Source of the DNA: Okamejei kenojei
Taxonomy: Eukaryota
Direction of reading: 5' to 3'
Assembly: GCA_035221665.1 (NCBI GenBank)
Contig: CM069164.1
Coordinates: forward strand, 26,412,001 to 26,476,000
Length of the DNA: 64,000 bases
Positions 63,410 through 64,000 of this stretch are shown here, piece by piece. Numbering within the stretch: position 1 is the stretch's first letter; every line of letters starts with the position of its first letter. Under the pieces are notes generated by a model that saw nothing but the letters and a program-made list of their open reading frames with translations, was not told where the DNA came from and did no database searches. A program made the position numbers and the translations under genes.

Positions 63410-64000
63410 TTCAGACTTCTTCGACCCGAAACGTCGCCAGTGTGAAGAAGGATCCCACCCCAAAATGTTGCCTGTCCATTCCCTGCACCGATGCTGCCTG
63501 ACCTGCTGAGTTCCTCCAGCATTTTGTGTTTTGCTCAATATTCTAGCACTTGCAGTTCCATGGGTATCCCGAGCACCCAATCAGTTTGATGAATTCTGCT
63601 GCTATCAATGTTGAAAATGATTAGCCGTAATTAGCAACATTACCTTTATCCTATAAACGTTGCGATCCCCACTCTCTGTGTCATTTTTTGTTTCCTGTTA
63701 CCTCATTTTGACGTTGCTGGCCCATTCCCTTTGTATCTACAGTATATGACTGGCTCTTGAATCAGGTCATATACCTTACAGGTCAGGTCGGGGGGCGTTC
63801 CCCCCGCCACGGGTACCGGGTAATCCCGCGCTACCTGTTTCATGGTCGGATAGTCGGTGACTAAACTGACTCCCCCACCTGGTTCACCAGGGGAGGTGGG
63901 GGCTGGGGACCCCCAGCAGGACCAAAAACAAGAAGCAAAGAAGTGGAAGCCAAATAACCGAACGGAAACAAAGCTGAAACGCCAACTAACCAAAAGTATA

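Noticed and set aside
465-63993. The ~200 short ORFs in the supplied track, including recurring peptides such as GENVQTPYRQH and RDAACPAELLQHF
   Set aside because: They are translations of SINE and PLE non-coding repeats. Only gag and the CR1/PLE/Rex1/Tx1 fragments resemble real proteins.

Overview
Repeat-dense, gene-poor vertebrate DNA, probably an intron or gene desert of a cartilaginous fish, most likely a skate or ray. This is inferred from the HE1-like V-SINE/CR1 repeat pair and is not proven. I found no convincing host exon, and most ORF-track entries are artefacts of repeats. The window holds more than 30 tRNA-derived V-SINE copies or fragments, many CR1 and Rex1/Babar 3' fragments, a Tx1/L1 3' fragment, dozens of Penelope-like element (PLE) 3' ends carrying a minimal hammerhead motif, six PIF/Harbinger-type MITEs, a 111-bp hAT MITE, an internally deleted Gmr1-like (SCAN-gag) Gypsy LTR element, a solo LTR, a 162-N gap, and several repeat-free AT-rich blocks that may be conserved enhancers. 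The most striking observation is two different 140-160-bp TSD-flanked retroposons (59459-59596 + and 54847-55007 -, plus a second copy of the first family at 38387-38497). Each begins exactly at G1 of a ~54-nt P4-less HDV/CPEB3-like ribozyme fold, with compensatory stem changes between the families, and ends in an (AAG)n tail. These look like ribozyme-headed SINE-like elements. All structures were derived by eye, and neither catalytic activity nor novelty has been tested.
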